Below are positions 37,698 to 47,822 of a DNA stretch of 64,000 bases, in pieces. Where the stretch lies: the IMG/VR virus record IMGVR_UViG_3300031565_005154; one strand, given 5' to 3'. The position numbers and the translations under genes were made by a program. The DNA is from a virus. The stretch's first letter is position 1. Every line of letters starts with the position of its first letter. The notes below the pieces were generated by a model. The model saw nothing but the letters and a program-made list of their open reading frames with translations, did not search any database and was not told the origin of the DNA.

Positions 37698-38457
37698 TCG
37701 TTTGTCCTCGGCGTTGTAATGTAAGTTGTCTCGCCATCATTTCGGACTGAATAATGGATTGTTTAGTGGGCTCATCTAGTTCGTTCACGGCATTATTGTG
37801 AAGCGGCGCTGGTATATGATATATCAATCCTATTTCTGACACCCTTAACAAGAATTCGTAGTCATATCGAAAAGGCATTTGTTCATTAAAACCAGACTGT
37901 AGCTTAGGAAATACTTGTGATCTAACTAAAAAATTACGATCATATGGAAATTCTGCCAACAATTTTTGTGTATCGAAAGAATTACAAAAAACTCTTTCAA
38001 CCATGCCGTCAGCATAATGATTATCATAATCACTGACCACGCAAGCTATAGACGGATGACTATTAAAAACCACAATAGACTGAGTAATCTTGTCTGGCGC
38101 ATACCAACCTGTTGGGTCCAAGAAACCAAACATTGTTACACCTTGCCACCCCATTTGTATTGCAGTATTTAATGCGTTACCCATTGTGCTCAGTCGTTTA
38201 CGAAAAATCTTAACTGGTGTCCCATTTAATATGCCATCAAACTGTGGCGGCAAACCTGTTTGATCATCAATGGTTATTTGTTCAGCACCAAGTAAATCAC
38301 ATAATACGTTATAAGTATTGTCTTGTGAATCATTATCTGCCACAATAACCTGATTTGCTGGACGTATGCCCTTGGTAACTGATTCCAAAGCACGCTTAAT
38401 GGTGGTAGCATTGTTGTGGGTAGCCACAATTATGGAGATATTTTCATTATCTAGCAT
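37690..38457 (-). CDS. Family-2 glycosyltransferase (GT-A)
   Basis: ISIIVATHNNATTIKRALESV...VIVADNDSQDNT...FLDPTGWYAPDKI...DYEFLLR. Confidence 0.85.
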   Translation of the reverse strand: MLDNENISIIVATHNNATTIKRALESVTKGIRPANQVIVADNDSQDNTYNVLCDLLGAEQITIDDQTGLPPQFDGILNGTPVKIFRKRLSTMGNALNTAIQMGWQGVTMFGFLDPTGWYAPDKITQSIVVFNSHPSIACVVSDYDNHYADGMVERVFCNSFDTQKLLAEFPYDRNFLVRSQVFPKLQSGFNEQMPFRYDYEFLLRVSEIGLIYHIPAPLHNNAVNELDEPTKQSIIQSEMMARQLTLQRRGQTNG

Positions 38458-39326
38458 TATTTTTCTTTCCTATCGCCAATTACTAAAGGGGTTAGACTAG
38501 CATAATGACTATCACAAAACCAAGACAATGCCATACCCGTTTCTTGTTCTTCTTTTCGTAATTGTTGTGTGAAAGATATCGTTCCAGGATTTGTCATAAT
38601 AGTTTTATAGGGTTTCGTAATAAATAGTCCTGAAGATAATCGATTTGGTATCACCATAGTACTGCCCACATGATAAGGAAACAACCAATGGATTACCCTA
38701 CTAGGGACATTTTGAATCATTACGCCCAAATGATCCAAATTGCGTAGTTTTTGTCCTGCTGAAATGGCCATAAAAAATGGAGATTTTATCTGCTTAGATA
38801 GTCGCTTGATAGTGCTTTCTCGTTGATCTATTGACTCCTGGTCGACACTACTATCTACGACAATAGGTATCATTGAATTTTTATCTACGCCCAAGCTCTC
38901 CACAATTTCTGTTCGATTTTTTAAGTACTTCATTGCCAAATTTTGTCTGTGCGAACCGAATCCGGTTGTGTCGACAATGATAATTTTATTAACATACGGT
39001 TTCTTCATGGCCGAATTGTAAGCCACTTTTGGTTGATACCACTCGGAACTGATGGTGCGTTCAAGGTGGTTGATTGTGTGCGCTGATTCATTAAAGAAAA
39101 CAAGTAAATCAAATTGAAGGGCATTCTCACGAACTATTTTACCTAGTAATTCACACAAATCAGTTGTATTTTGTTTTTTGGCCCACTTATGACTACGACA
39201 CATACGACAATACCCTGGAGCGAATGTTTTTCCATCATTCGTAACGCATAATTGATTTATGCCACACCCCTTGCCTTTGTCGTCCTGCTTCAAAAAGCAA
39301 CATCCTGCACAGCCTGTGGTCAACAT
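38457..39326 (-). CDS. Hypothetical protein with Cys-rich N-terminus, possibly a degenerate GT-A
   Basis: CAGCCF...CGIN...YCRMC; KIIIVDTT. Confidence 0.45.
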   Translation of the reverse strand: MLTTGCAGCCFLKQDDKGKGCGINQLCVTNDGKTFAPGYCRMCRSHKWAKKQNTTDLCELLGKIVRENALQFDLLVFFNESAHTINHLERTISSEWYQPKVAYNSAMKKPYVNKIIIVDTTGFGSHRQNLAMKYLKNRTEIVESLGVDKNSMIPIVVDSSVDQESIDQRESTIKRLSKQIKSPFFMAISAGQKLRNLDHLGVMIQNVPSRVIHWLFPYHVGSTMVIPNRLSSGLFITKPYKTIMTNPGTISFTQQLRKEEQETGMALSWFCDSHYASLTPLVIGDRKEK

Positions 39327-39793
39327 TTTGTGGCCTCCACATAGATAGCTATTCCCTCATAACGTTTAAGTATGATAGTTAGTCCGATTTCTCGCAACAT
39401 ACCCAATAGTGTAGTGGTGTCTATAGCTGAGAGTCTATTGTCATTAGCATCCTGGGTACCAAATGTTATCTGTAGATATTCTAATAGACTCAATTGTCCC
39501 TGAGCAAACGCCTGGGTGACTGCATAACAATCTGGTACCAGAATTTTTAGTATCCCATCAGATGATAACTTTTGAGCCCAATTGGTTAGGGCGGATTTCA
39601 CGGCATTGATAGGTAAGTATTCAAGACAATCCAATGCAACTATTTCTTCAACCGTATTGTCTTCTGTTAACCAATCCAGGGATTGGATATCACCCTGTTT
39701 ATAGATGTCGGGAGATATTTGATTGGGTGGTAAACGGTCTACATTAATACATCCAGATCGAACATCATTGCCACAGCCAAGGTTTAATCGCAT
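39320..39793 (-). CDS. Class I SAM-dependent methyltransferase
   Basis: MRLNLGCG...INVD...LEYL...LSSDGILKILVPD. Confidence 0.85.
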   Translation of the reverse strand: MRLNLGCGNDVRSGCINVDRLPPNQISPDIYKQGDIQSLDWLTEDNTVEEIVALDCLEYLPINAVKSALTNWAQKLSSDGILKILVPDCYAVTQAFAQGQLSLLEYLQITFGTQDANDNRLSAIDTTTLLGMLREIGLTIILKRYEGIAIYVEATKC

Positions 39794-39803
39794 AATTTTC
39801 TCC

Positions 39804-40823
39804 CTATGACCATCTTCCCGTAGGACATGCGGCCACCTTATAGAGTACTTCGTTCCATTCGTGAAGAAATCTGTTTTCTCCGAATTGTTGGATAACTGTT
39901 TCTCTTCCAGCCGCACCTATTTCAAGAGCCATATCCTTATCTTCAATTAGGTCTTCTAGATATTTGCGCATTACTTTCGGATCGTTCGTGATAAATCCAT
40001 TGACTCCATTTTCTATGAATTCGGGTATAGCCGTAGTAGCTGTTGTTACAATTGGGCATCCGACAGACATCGCTTCAAGTAAACTAAATGGAGTTGTCGA
40101 CCATAATGTTGTGTTTAGGAATACCGACGCAGAACGGTAAAGGGTACGTAAGTGGTTTACGTTATCTGCATTCTTGCTAAATCCAGGGCTATCTCCCCAT
40201 GGATTTGTTTTTAGACCCTCAGTAACTTCTTTGTACAAATCAAACCCACAAATACGATCTCGTTTTACAAAATCCCAGACGGCTGTCATGATCTTGCCGT
40301 CACCGCCTACCCAATTGTTCCAGTAGTCCGTATCCATGCCATGCTTTATCACAGAAATATTTGGATCATCAACATCCTTGAACCAAGCGCCGACACTGAA
40401 ATCGGCCATGAACACGTCGTGGGAACACGGCAAGTTACCAATTCGTTCTATTGTCTCGTCATTCCAGTCTGGCCACGGTAATGTGTGTTGCGCGCACAAT
40501 AATGGACAATTTAATTGCCTGGTTAGTTGTGATAAAATCGGATAATGATCGATCGAATTTTGTGACAGAACCAAATCAAAAGCAATATCTGTTTTCAATT
40601 GTTGATTAATCTCACCATTTCCTAATGGGATAATATTTGATGGCATCTCTCGTTCTGTCCTGTTCCATTGGTGGAAACGAGGATGATTTAACATATAAAA
40701 ATTATGCCCACTCTTGGCGAGTGTTGTTTGGTATGCCTCGTGATTAAGCGCTCCGAGAATATTCAATGGACGATTATTGTCCCTATTTATGCTCTTGAGT
40801 ACGGAAGAAATCGGTGTTGCCAT
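39804..40823 (-). CDS. Family-4 glycosyltransferase (GT-B)
   Basis: VFLNTTLWSTTPFSLLEAMSVGCPIVTT...NGVNGF. Confidence 0.88.
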   Translation of the reverse strand: MATPISSVLKSINRDNNRPLNILGALNHEAYQTTLAKSGHNFYMLNHPRFHQWNRTEREMPSNIIPLGNGEINQQLKTDIAFDLVLSQNSIDHYPILSQLTRQLNCPLLCAQHTLPWPDWNDETIERIGNLPCSHDVFMADFSVGAWFKDVDDPNISVIKHGMDTDYWNNWVGGDGKIMTAVWDFVKRDRICGFDLYKEVTEGLKTNPWGDSPGFSKNADNVNHLRTLYRSASVFLNTTLWSTTPFSLLEAMSVGCPIVTTATTAIPEFIENGVNGFITNDPKVMRKYLEDLIEDKDMALEIGAAGRETVIQQFGENRFLHEWNEVLYKVAACPTGRWS

Positions 40824-41459
40824 TTATTTTCTCCCCCTTTTACGGACAGGTGTTGTCAATGCTTTTTCTATTAACCAACCAAGTTTGAGGCGTTTTTGAA
40901 AGGTGCTTATATGTATATTGTATTCTTTAGCCCAGTCTGACATACATTGTGTTTTGCCATTGAACGTAAAGAAGCGATTACTTCTTTTATTTCTGTCTTG
41001 TTGTTTCCTACTGGCCCATTTACAGTTGGATTTATGATATCCATTATCATTGTTAATCCTTTCAAGAGTACGATTCTGCGGTCTTGCTTCCATATCTTTA
41101 AGAAAATTTGGGAATTTTAACCATCGTTTACAGACTGTTATTCCTCTGCCACCATAACGTTTGTAATCGGGACTATTAGGATTAGTGCATCGTTGTATCA
41201 TACTATCCCATGATCTGTAAGTTTTTGATATTGTTGTTCTTGTGCTGTGGCCATGTTCCGTGAATCTCTCTATCGTTGTTTCTTTTAATAAGCATCCACA
41301 ACTTTTAGTATTACCGCACGTAAGAGAAGAACTGCGAATAACCTTTGTTTTTCCGCAATCACATCGACAGTTCCATAATATGTTTTTACAATACTTATCA
41401 TACCCAATTTTATTAATAATAATTAATCTCCCAAATTTTTGTCCAGTTAAATCTTTCAT
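40824..41459 (-). CDS. Free-standing HNH homing endonuclease
   Basis: DLTGQKFGRL...CRCDCG...TKSCGC...SMIQRC...YGGRGITVC...LERINND.GY..SNCKWA. Confidence 0.88.
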   Translation of the reverse strand: MKDLTGQKFGRLIIINKIGYDKYCKNILWNCRCDCGKTKVIRSSSLTCGNTKSCGCLLKETTIERFTEHGHSTRTTISKTYRSWDSMIQRCTNPNSPDYKRYGGRGITVCKRWLKFPNFLKDMEARPQNRTLERINNDNGYHKSNCKWASRKQQDRNKRSNRFFTFNGKTQCMSDWAKEYNIHISTFQKRLKLGWLIEKALTTPVRKRGRK

Positions 41460-42637
41460 TATGTTTCCAACAATTTCCTAGTAATTGATCCAACTTTTTC
41501 GTACGAAAATTCAGCAGCACGTTTCTTCGCAGCTTCGCCCCTGGTATGCAATTTTCCGTCTTGCCACTCACTATATGCTTGTTTCATACATTCGGCCATG
41601 TGACAAATATCTGGATCAAACCACTTTTCCGCTCCGGTATATAAATCTGGGAACGAACTTGTTTCTCCGAAGCACGGCGTAAGACACCCCTTAACCAACC
41701 AACCACAATTAATTTGGCCTGGCCATTCAAATTGACGTTCTTCCATTTTCCAATATTCAGACGCTTGGGCATATGTCAACTCTGGGAAAGAACCCCAATT
41801 GCTCAATATTACGGGATTACAAAATCCCATTGCGTCATGTGCCGGTATACCCCAGGCTTCTCCATGACTGGACGACGCGAATACATCGCACGCCATATGA
41901 AGTTGGTCTAACTGATTGTCTGGCAAAAAATCTGAGATACATGCCACTGGTGGGTAAAATGGATGTCTAATATAGGTATGTAACGATTTCTTAATATCTG
42001 CTATGGTTGTTCTTATCGTTTCGGTAGTTTCCTCTGATGTTTTTCCAGGAATAGTTGTTTTTATTACCAGAGCCACATCGTCACGAAGGGTAAAAGCGGC
42101 GTAGAATGCCCTTAGCATGGCTACAATGTTCTTGCGACGAGTCGTTTCACCTATCGTGTAGAATATACATTTATCTTTGAGTTGTGACATATCCATTGGA
42201 TCAGGTGGATTATCAAATCGTGAAATATCACACGCACATGGGAATATTTTGATTGGGACCGTGACACCACTGTCTCTCGCTGCTTGAGCATTTTGGATAG
42301 ATGGCACCCATATTTCATCCATCATATTGCAAGAGTGTCCCCAATTCGATCGTGAAAAATGTGTTGTTTCAAAACAAAACATTCCAATATTTTTAACACC
42401 AGCTTTGTATTCAAAGAGGTGCGGAAGAAGATGTTGAACTACCACATCAACATTATCAGTGGTTTTATCTTCGAGATGTTTTACTTTGGCTGCAAGTTGA
42501 TCGTTTTGGGACTGAGATAACTTAATAGCACGGGCCACGACATCTATTCCACCAGCCTCCATCGCAAGCATGTTGTGAATAGACTGGACAGCATAGCCCG
42601 TACCATCACGGAAAACGCTAAGGTAAGCTACTTTCAT
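41459..42637 (-). CDS. Family-4 glycosyltransferase (GT-B)
   Basis: FYTIG...RRKN...CDVFASSSHGEAWGIPAHDAM. Confidence 0.88.
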   Translation of the reverse strand: MKVAYLSVFRDGTGYAVQSIHNMLAMEAGGIDVVARAIKLSQSQNDQLAAKVKHLEDKTTDNVDVVVQHLLPHLFEYKAGVKNIGMFCFETTHFSRSNWGHSCNMMDEIWVPSIQNAQAARDSGVTVPIKIFPCACDISRFDNPPDPMDMSQLKDKCIFYTIGETTRRKNIVAMLRAFYAAFTLRDDVALVIKTTIPGKTSEETTETIRTTIADIKKSLHTYIRHPFYPPVACISDFLPDNQLDQLHMACDVFASSSHGEAWGIPAHDAMGFCNPVILSNWGSFPELTYAQASEYWKMEERQFEWPGQINCGWLVKGCLTPCFGETSSFPDLYTGAEKWFDPDICHMAECMKQAYSEWQDGKLHTRGEAAKKRAAEFSYEKVGSITRKLLET

Positions 42638-44343
42638 TACATCACCACCACATTGACACTATCAGGAATTGCTTGTTTCATTAACGCAAGCCGTTTTTCT
42701 TCCACAGCATTTGATTGTTGTACCATCCCTACAAAATTTTCAACAAATTCTTTTCGACCGAATGGAACCATTCTATCACCAACCGTTTTTGATCCACTAT
42801 TAAGTGACTTGAGCCATTCGCCAGCAAAATGGGTACGAAGCATATCTGGACGATTCCAGATTTTTCCAATAACCCAGTTAACAAACTCGCTATTGTCCAT
42901 ATTATTACTGGGAGGTGTCAGGTTCGGATGGTGTACTCTAGAAGTCGGACACAACCAAGTTGTTTGAGGGTCTTTGATGTTGGTTTCACGGATAACTTGC
43001 CCCCAAATGGCTGCCGTCCTTTCCCACCCTCTACGTCGCATAGGTACGCTTTGTCCATAAGTCTCAATTGGTTCCTCAATGTACGCTCTCGTCTGCTTCG
43101 ATTTGTCGTCTCGCACCGCTTCACTTTGCTTAAGAAATCTATCTAACTTATTTACAAAATCGATATTACTCGGGAGTGCTCGTCTTTGTTCGGTTTCGAT
43201 AATAGCTTCCCAGAAAAATCGTTCGACTTCAATAGGAATACTGGTGGGATTTTGTAGATGATCTTCCATGGCTGAGTACCTAACAGCCATTGTAGGAACA
43301 CCACACGCTTGAGCTTCCGTAAGGGGCATACCCCAACCCTCACAGATAGAATATTGGACATACAAATCAAATGTTTTTATAATGTCAGCAAGAACATTGC
43401 GTGGACATGAGTGATTGGCATTCGGTGGGTGTGCAGCCATCTTGCCACATTTGCGACAAATCATTAACTCTCCAGCAAAAAATGATGGATATGCAGTTTG
43501 GCAATTACCGCATAAATAGGTCATGATGACCTTATTACCCAATTTGAAATCTCGGATAGCCTTACTGATATCGTATCCTACATCTGGATAACTAGTGTGG
43601 AGATACAAAAAGGTCCGCTTAGCTAAATCTAGATGTCCCTTGGATTTAGATTTGTGGAGCCATTGCGCAAACGCTTCAATTAAGTCATAATACAATTTTC
43701 GTTTTTGATTTCGCATTACCGTACCGATAATAATAGAATCCGGATCAATACCTAATCGTGTTTTGTGTTCTCTCTTGTTGTCCGGTGGTTTGAATATTTC
43801 TAGATCAGCTCCAGGAGAAGCTATTGTGACCAATTCGGTTCCTCTCCGTCCCGTTTTACGCAATAGATTCATCCCATATTCAGAATATGTAAGAATTCTA
43901 TCACACTGTTTATATGAATCAAGCCACAACTCCCGCTGCGGCTCACCGTCGATAGTCGGCATCCATATCACCTTGAAATTATTTCTTAATGGTGATCGCA
44001 ATACAAATTCATCCATCCACCAGTCACGCACCATACACACAATATCTGGCTTAAAATCTAAACATACGTCACTGAATACTCCTTCGCCGAACTGGTTTGT
44101 CGGAGTACCCATATATTGTTGCATTGCTTTTTGATTACTACGAGCAGGCGCTACTGGATAAAATTTCCATGGAACTTGTTGGCATCGTGGATCATCGGCG
44201 TGGGCATAGCTTCCCATTTCCGCAATCTCAAATTCTCCAGTTGCGTGCAATCGTTTAATTGTTTCCTGCCAATATGTTGAAAATCCTGTAGCTAAAAAAG
44301 CCGCTTCTCCGATAAATAATACTCTCCTTTTACACATCAACAT
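42637..44343 (-). CDS. Family-4 glycosyltransferase with zinc-ribbon insertion
   Basis: IGTVMRNQKRK...FDLYVQYSICEGWGMPLTEAQACGVP; CGNC...CRKC insert. Confidence 0.88.
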   Translation of the reverse strand: MLMCKRRVLFIGEAAFLATGFSTYWQETIKRLHATGEFEIAEMGSYAHADDPRCQQVPWKFYPVAPARSNQKAMQQYMGTPTNQFGEGVFSDVCLDFKPDIVCMVRDWWMDEFVLRSPLRNNFKVIWMPTIDGEPQRELWLDSYKQCDRILTYSEYGMNLLRKTGRRGTELVTIASPGADLEIFKPPDNKREHKTRLGIDPDSIIIGTVMRNQKRKLYYDLIEAFAQWLHKSKSKGHLDLAKRTFLYLHTSYPDVGYDISKAIRDFKLGNKVIMTYLCGNCQTAYPSFFAGELMICRKCGKMAAHPPNANHSCPRNVLADIIKTFDLYVQYSICEGWGMPLTEAQACGVPTMAVRYSAMEDHLQNPTSIPIEVERFFWEAIIETEQRRALPSNIDFVNKLDRFLKQSEAVRDDKSKQTRAYIEEPIETYGQSVPMRRRGWERTAAIWGQVIRETNIKDPQTTWLCPTSRVHHPNLTPPSNNMDNSEFVNWVIGKIWNRPDMLRTHFAGEWLKSLNSGSKTVGDRMVPFGRKEFVENFVGMVQQSNAVEEKRLALMKQAIPDSVNVVVM

Positions 44344-44884
44344 GCCTCCATGTTTTTTTGTTATGAATAAGCGTGATCGTAGACCTACTTACGTTAAAAA
44401 TTTCTGCGATTTCTCTTTGGACCAATTCCCCTTCGTTTAATAATGTATTAATTTCTATCACATTGTTTTCGGTCAATTTACTAAAACCATTGGAACTTCC
44501 TTTTGGTGGAGTTTTTCTTGCACATGATGTACCATGTATTGTCATATCATTACTATTAGATTTATGTGTATCATATCTAATATTGGAAATATAATTATTG
44601 GTAGGATTCCCATCGTTATGACAACATTCCATTCCCTCGGGACACGGACCAACAAAGGCTCTTGTCATTAATCGATGTACTAGATGATGCTTTTTTATTT
44701 TATTTTTGCACAAATTAACCTGTAAGTGTCCAGTTCTCATCGAGGTCGGTGCCAATATTCGTTCGTTAGTCCCTTTATAGTTGTATAAACTTTTAATTCT
44801 TCCCCAATTAGAAACTCTATATAGTCCTTCATATCCAACTACGTCTTTCCAGATTTCTTTGATTTCAATTTGTGGCTGTACCAT
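44330..44884 (-). CDS. NUMOD4-HNH homing endonuclease
   Basis: EIWKDVVGYEGLYRVSNWGRIKS...LVHRL..RAF...CHNDGNPTNN..SNI; C-terminal HTH. Confidence 0.9.
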   Translation of the reverse strand: MVQPQIEIKEIWKDVVGYEGLYRVSNWGRIKSLYNYKGTNERILAPTSMRTGHLQVNLCKNKIKKHHLVHRLMTRAFVGPCPEGMECCHNDGNPTNNYISNIRYDTHKSNSNDMTIHGTSCARKTPPKGSSNGFSKLTENNVIEINTLLNEGELVQREIAEIFNVSRSTITLIHNKKTWRHVDV

Positions 44885-45461
44885 AACCACTCCGTTCCAG
44901 CTTAGCACGAATGTTCTTACTTTTTGTCCACTGCTGTTTTCTGCTAAGTCCTAAACTATCCACAATATCATCCACTTGTGCCTGTATGAATATTTTGTCT
45001 TTTTCTGTCAAATAATGAGATGACAAAATATCTTGTAGCATTAAAAATGAATTAGAATCTTGTGCTGGTTCATTAAACAGTTCTTGCCAAGATTCTGTAT
45101 TTATCAATGTTTTGAGAATAGTTATTTCGTTTTTAGAAAGTCCTAATTCTTGACATATCTCTTTCTCTGTTCTCCCAGCCGCTAAAAGCACATCTAATAT
45201 ACGCGCTTTTTTTTTGACTCCGTACGGAGCAGATGCAGCATACATAGTATTTATAGCAGCACGACGCATGGCTCTTGCTATGGATATTATGGCATATCCC
45301 CGGAAATCGTGCTGCTTCCGCTGATTTTTATTGAGTTCAGCTAATTTAAGATGTCCTTCTTGAATGTAATCGTATACATCTGCATAACTATCAGGATAAA
45401 CAATCGCAATTTTTCTTGCTAAACGAGAAATAAAAGTACTTAGCGATTGCTCATCGGTCAT
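44865..45461 (-). CDS. Phage sigma-70-family alternative sigma factor
   Basis: Region 2 DYIQEGHLKL...FRGYAIISIARAMRRA; region 3 RTEKEICQELGLS; degenerate region 4 LTEKDK...LGLSRKQQ. Confidence 0.7.
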   Translation of the reverse strand: MTDEQSLSTFISRLARKIAIVYPDSYADVYDYIQEGHLKLAELNKNQRKQHDFRGYAIISIARAMRRAAINTMYAASAPYGVKKKARILDVLLAAGRTEKEICQELGLSKNEITILKTLINTESWQELFNEPAQDSNSFLMLQDILSSHYLTEKDKIFIQAQVDDIVDSLGLSRKQQWTKSKNIRAKLERSGYGTATN

Positions 45462-45473
45462 TTATCTATATTC

Positions 45474-45890
45474 CTAGAAAGGAATACTTGGATCATCTTC
45501 AACTGGTTGTGATGGTGCAGGAGCGGAAGCAGCGTCTGGCTGAGATTCACCCTTCTTTTTTCCATTCTTTTCTACCAATTGAAAATCACGAAGAGTCATA
45601 GAATATGATACTCGCTTTTGCCCATCCTTTTCCCACGTATCTTGCTTCATGTACCCATTGACATAAACCGGCTGGCCTTTCTTAACTAATTCAGCCATTT
45701 TATCAGCACGGCTACCCCAGACCTGAGCCCTTATGAAACAAACCTCTTGCTGCCATTCCTTGTTCTTGTTTTGAAAATTACGATTAAAAGCCAGATTGAC
45801 GGTACACACCGACATCTTTTGCTCTCCGACCTGCCGCAATTCTGAATCCGCCGTTGCTACACCAACACCAAAAACTCCGAGTTCAGCCAT
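45474..45890 (-). CDS. ssb: Single-stranded DNA-binding protein
   Basis: OB fold (ELRQ...LAFNR...AELVKKGQPVYVNG...WEKDGQKR) with acidic tail DDPSIPF. Confidence 0.95.
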   Translation of the reverse strand: MAELGVFGVGVATADSELRQVGEQKMSVCTVNLAFNRNFQNKNKEWQQEVCFIRAQVWGSRADKMAELVKKGQPVYVNGYMKQDTWEKDGQKRVSYSMTLRDFQLVEKNGKKKGESQPDAASAPAPSQPVEDDPSIPF

Positions 45891-45932
45891 TTTTTTACCT
45901 TTCTTATTTCTACACAATTTTGTACCATACTG

Positions 45933-45961
45933 ATTGTACGTCTAAGTCGAATTTTTGTTCC
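45933..45961 (-). promoter_or_regulatory. Class E promoter GGAAC-N16-CGTACAAT
   Basis: Reverse complement of 45961-45933; upstream of ssb and sigma. Confidence 0.7.
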
Positions 45962-45966
45962 GCTAA

Positions 45967-47817
45967 TTATATTAATTTCTGTATGTCCTTTACGATAAGA
46001 CTACCGTTCTTTTTTTCACCATAAATCAAGCAAATAAGATCGTCCTTACAGAACCCCTTAAGTCGCCCAAATGCATCTGGGAAAACAACAGCATGATCTA
46101 TTGAATATGTAGAATCCGATATGGTCAAGAAACACATGGGTTGTCCTGGGGTCTTGCCACGCTTGGTTTTTGTGTGTCTAACGCCATCTATGATTGCACA
46201 AACAGCAATCGCTTCCATATTCGGAGATTTTGCTATTTCTAGACACGTATGGGTAGCCAAACTAGTATCCACATCATCAGTAGGAGAACAGGATAAAGCA
46301 ATACCCAAGAAGTACTTCTCTGCAACGGCATTCACCGTATTAGTATCATTGATAGTGCCTTCTAACAAATTCGCCTTCGCCTCTACTACTTTTCGTCTAG
46401 CGTCACTTGCACACGGAGACTTAACCGCAATATCCTTGTAGCCATTTTGTATCAGTAGGGCCTCAATATCTTTTTTGGTTCGATTTTTTATGGTATCAAG
46501 CCAATCTTCTTTTTCCTTGGGTGATGTATATACGAATTTACTGTCCCCATCCGAAATGCTATCAAATGCAGATTCGGCCTGATCTAGATATTCTACCGCA
46601 GTTTGTACTAGTTCTTTTTTGATCATCTGACCAATCGTCTTGGTCTTATTACCTGGGGGTTGAGCCATTTGTAACAGAATTTCTTGAGTAGTCATCGCCC
46701 CCTGATGAAGTTGATCGAAAAAATGAATTCTCTCTTTATTTGTTAACCCTTTAATCTCGACCTTATTCCCGTTCAAATCTCTGGCAGTAGTTCCAAGTAT
46801 AATTTCCAGTTCTCGTACCATTTCATTACGACTCATGTCGTAACAATCACATGCACCAGATTTTATCAAAGCTATTCCCACATTCCTATGGAAACCTGGA
46901 ACCGCCGCCAAGAAGTGAGCCCAAGTCTCTAGAGACCCTACTGTGGCCCCTGTGGTGGTCGCTGTGACGATCTTTTGGATAGCCGAGGCTCCTACGCCCC
47001 TTATGTGCGCCAGACCGAATGCTACGCCTTTCTGGGGTTCTTCGGTCATTTGAAAATGAATGTTGCCCCTTCGAATATCGGGAGGTAAAATATCCACTCC
47101 AAATAATCGGGCGTCCTGTACTAATTTATAAATTTCTTCTTTTGGATCACCTTTATATTGGGAATAAGTCAAATAGCTAGTAAAAAATTCTTGTGGGAAA
47201 TGACATTTTAACCATGCTGTTGGATAGCTTATTCCTAGAGCATAACCCATTGCATGGGCTAAGTTGAATGAATATCTTTGACACTTCTCAATCCAACCGA
47301 ATATTTCTTCTGCGATTCCCCTGCCAATTTGGCTATGGGTTTGACATCCTGCTATAAATTTATCTTTAAGAGATGCCATTTTCTCTGCTAATTTTTTACC
47401 GATTGCAGACCTTAGCATATCTGCTTCAATAGGATCGAATCCAGCAAGATCGGTAGCAATCCGCAAGGCTTGTTCTTGAAAAATTAGACAACCATAAGTC
47501 GGTTCCAATATGGGCTTTAATAACGGATGTAGATACGAATGTTTTTTGCGTCCGAATTTGATATCCACATAATCCTGAGACATTCCAGAATCAAGACTTC
47601 CCGGTCTCAAAATACTTACCAAAGCAGCCAATTCTTCAATATTGCTAGGTCGTACTTTTTTGGCCCAATCTTGACCCAGATTTTTCTCTAACTGAAAAAT
47701 ACCGACAGTATGACCGCCTGAGATTAATTTCCAGGTAGCAGGGCAATCCAGTGAAATATCGTTAATACTGAATTCACCAGGAGTGACTTTACAATCGCAA
47801 TTGCTGAACTCTATCAT
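45967..47817 (-). CDS. dnaE: DNA polymerase III alpha, C-terminal fragment (fingers, HhH, OB)
   Basis: GIFQLE...LRPGSLDSGM...TYGCLIFQEQ...RYSFNLAHA...WLKCHFP...LPPDI...GLAHIRGVG; OB GQPMCFLTISD. Confidence 0.93.
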   Translation of the reverse strand: MIEFSNCDCKVTPGEFSINDISLDCPATWKLISGGHTVGIFQLEKNLGQDWAKKVRPSNIEELAALVSILRPGSLDSGMSQDYVDIKFGRKKHSYLHPLLKPILEPTYGCLIFQEQALRIATDLAGFDPIEADMLRSAIGKKLAEKMASLKDKFIAGCQTHSQIGRGIAEEIFGWIEKCQRYSFNLAHAMGYALGISYPTAWLKCHFPQEFFTSYLTYSQYKGDPKEEIYKLVQDARLFGVDILPPDIRRGNIHFQMTEEPQKGVAFGLAHIRGVGASAIQKIVTATTTGATVGSLETWAHFLAAVPGFHRNVGIALIKSGACDCYDMSRNEMVRELEIILGTTARDLNGNKVEIKGLTNKERIHFFDQLHQGAMTTQEILLQMAQPPGNKTKTIGQMIKKELVQTAVEYLDQAESAFDSISDGDSKFVYTSPKEKEDWLDTIKNRTKKDIEALLIQNGYKDIAVKSPCASDARRKVVEAKANLLEGTINDTNTVNAVAEKYFLGIALSCSPTDDVDTSLATHTCLEIAKSPNMEAIAVCAIIDGVRHTKTKRGKTPGQPMCFLTISDSTYSIDHAVVFPDAFGRLKGFCKDDLICLIYGEKKNGSLIVKDIQKLI

Positions 47818-47822
47818 ACCCC

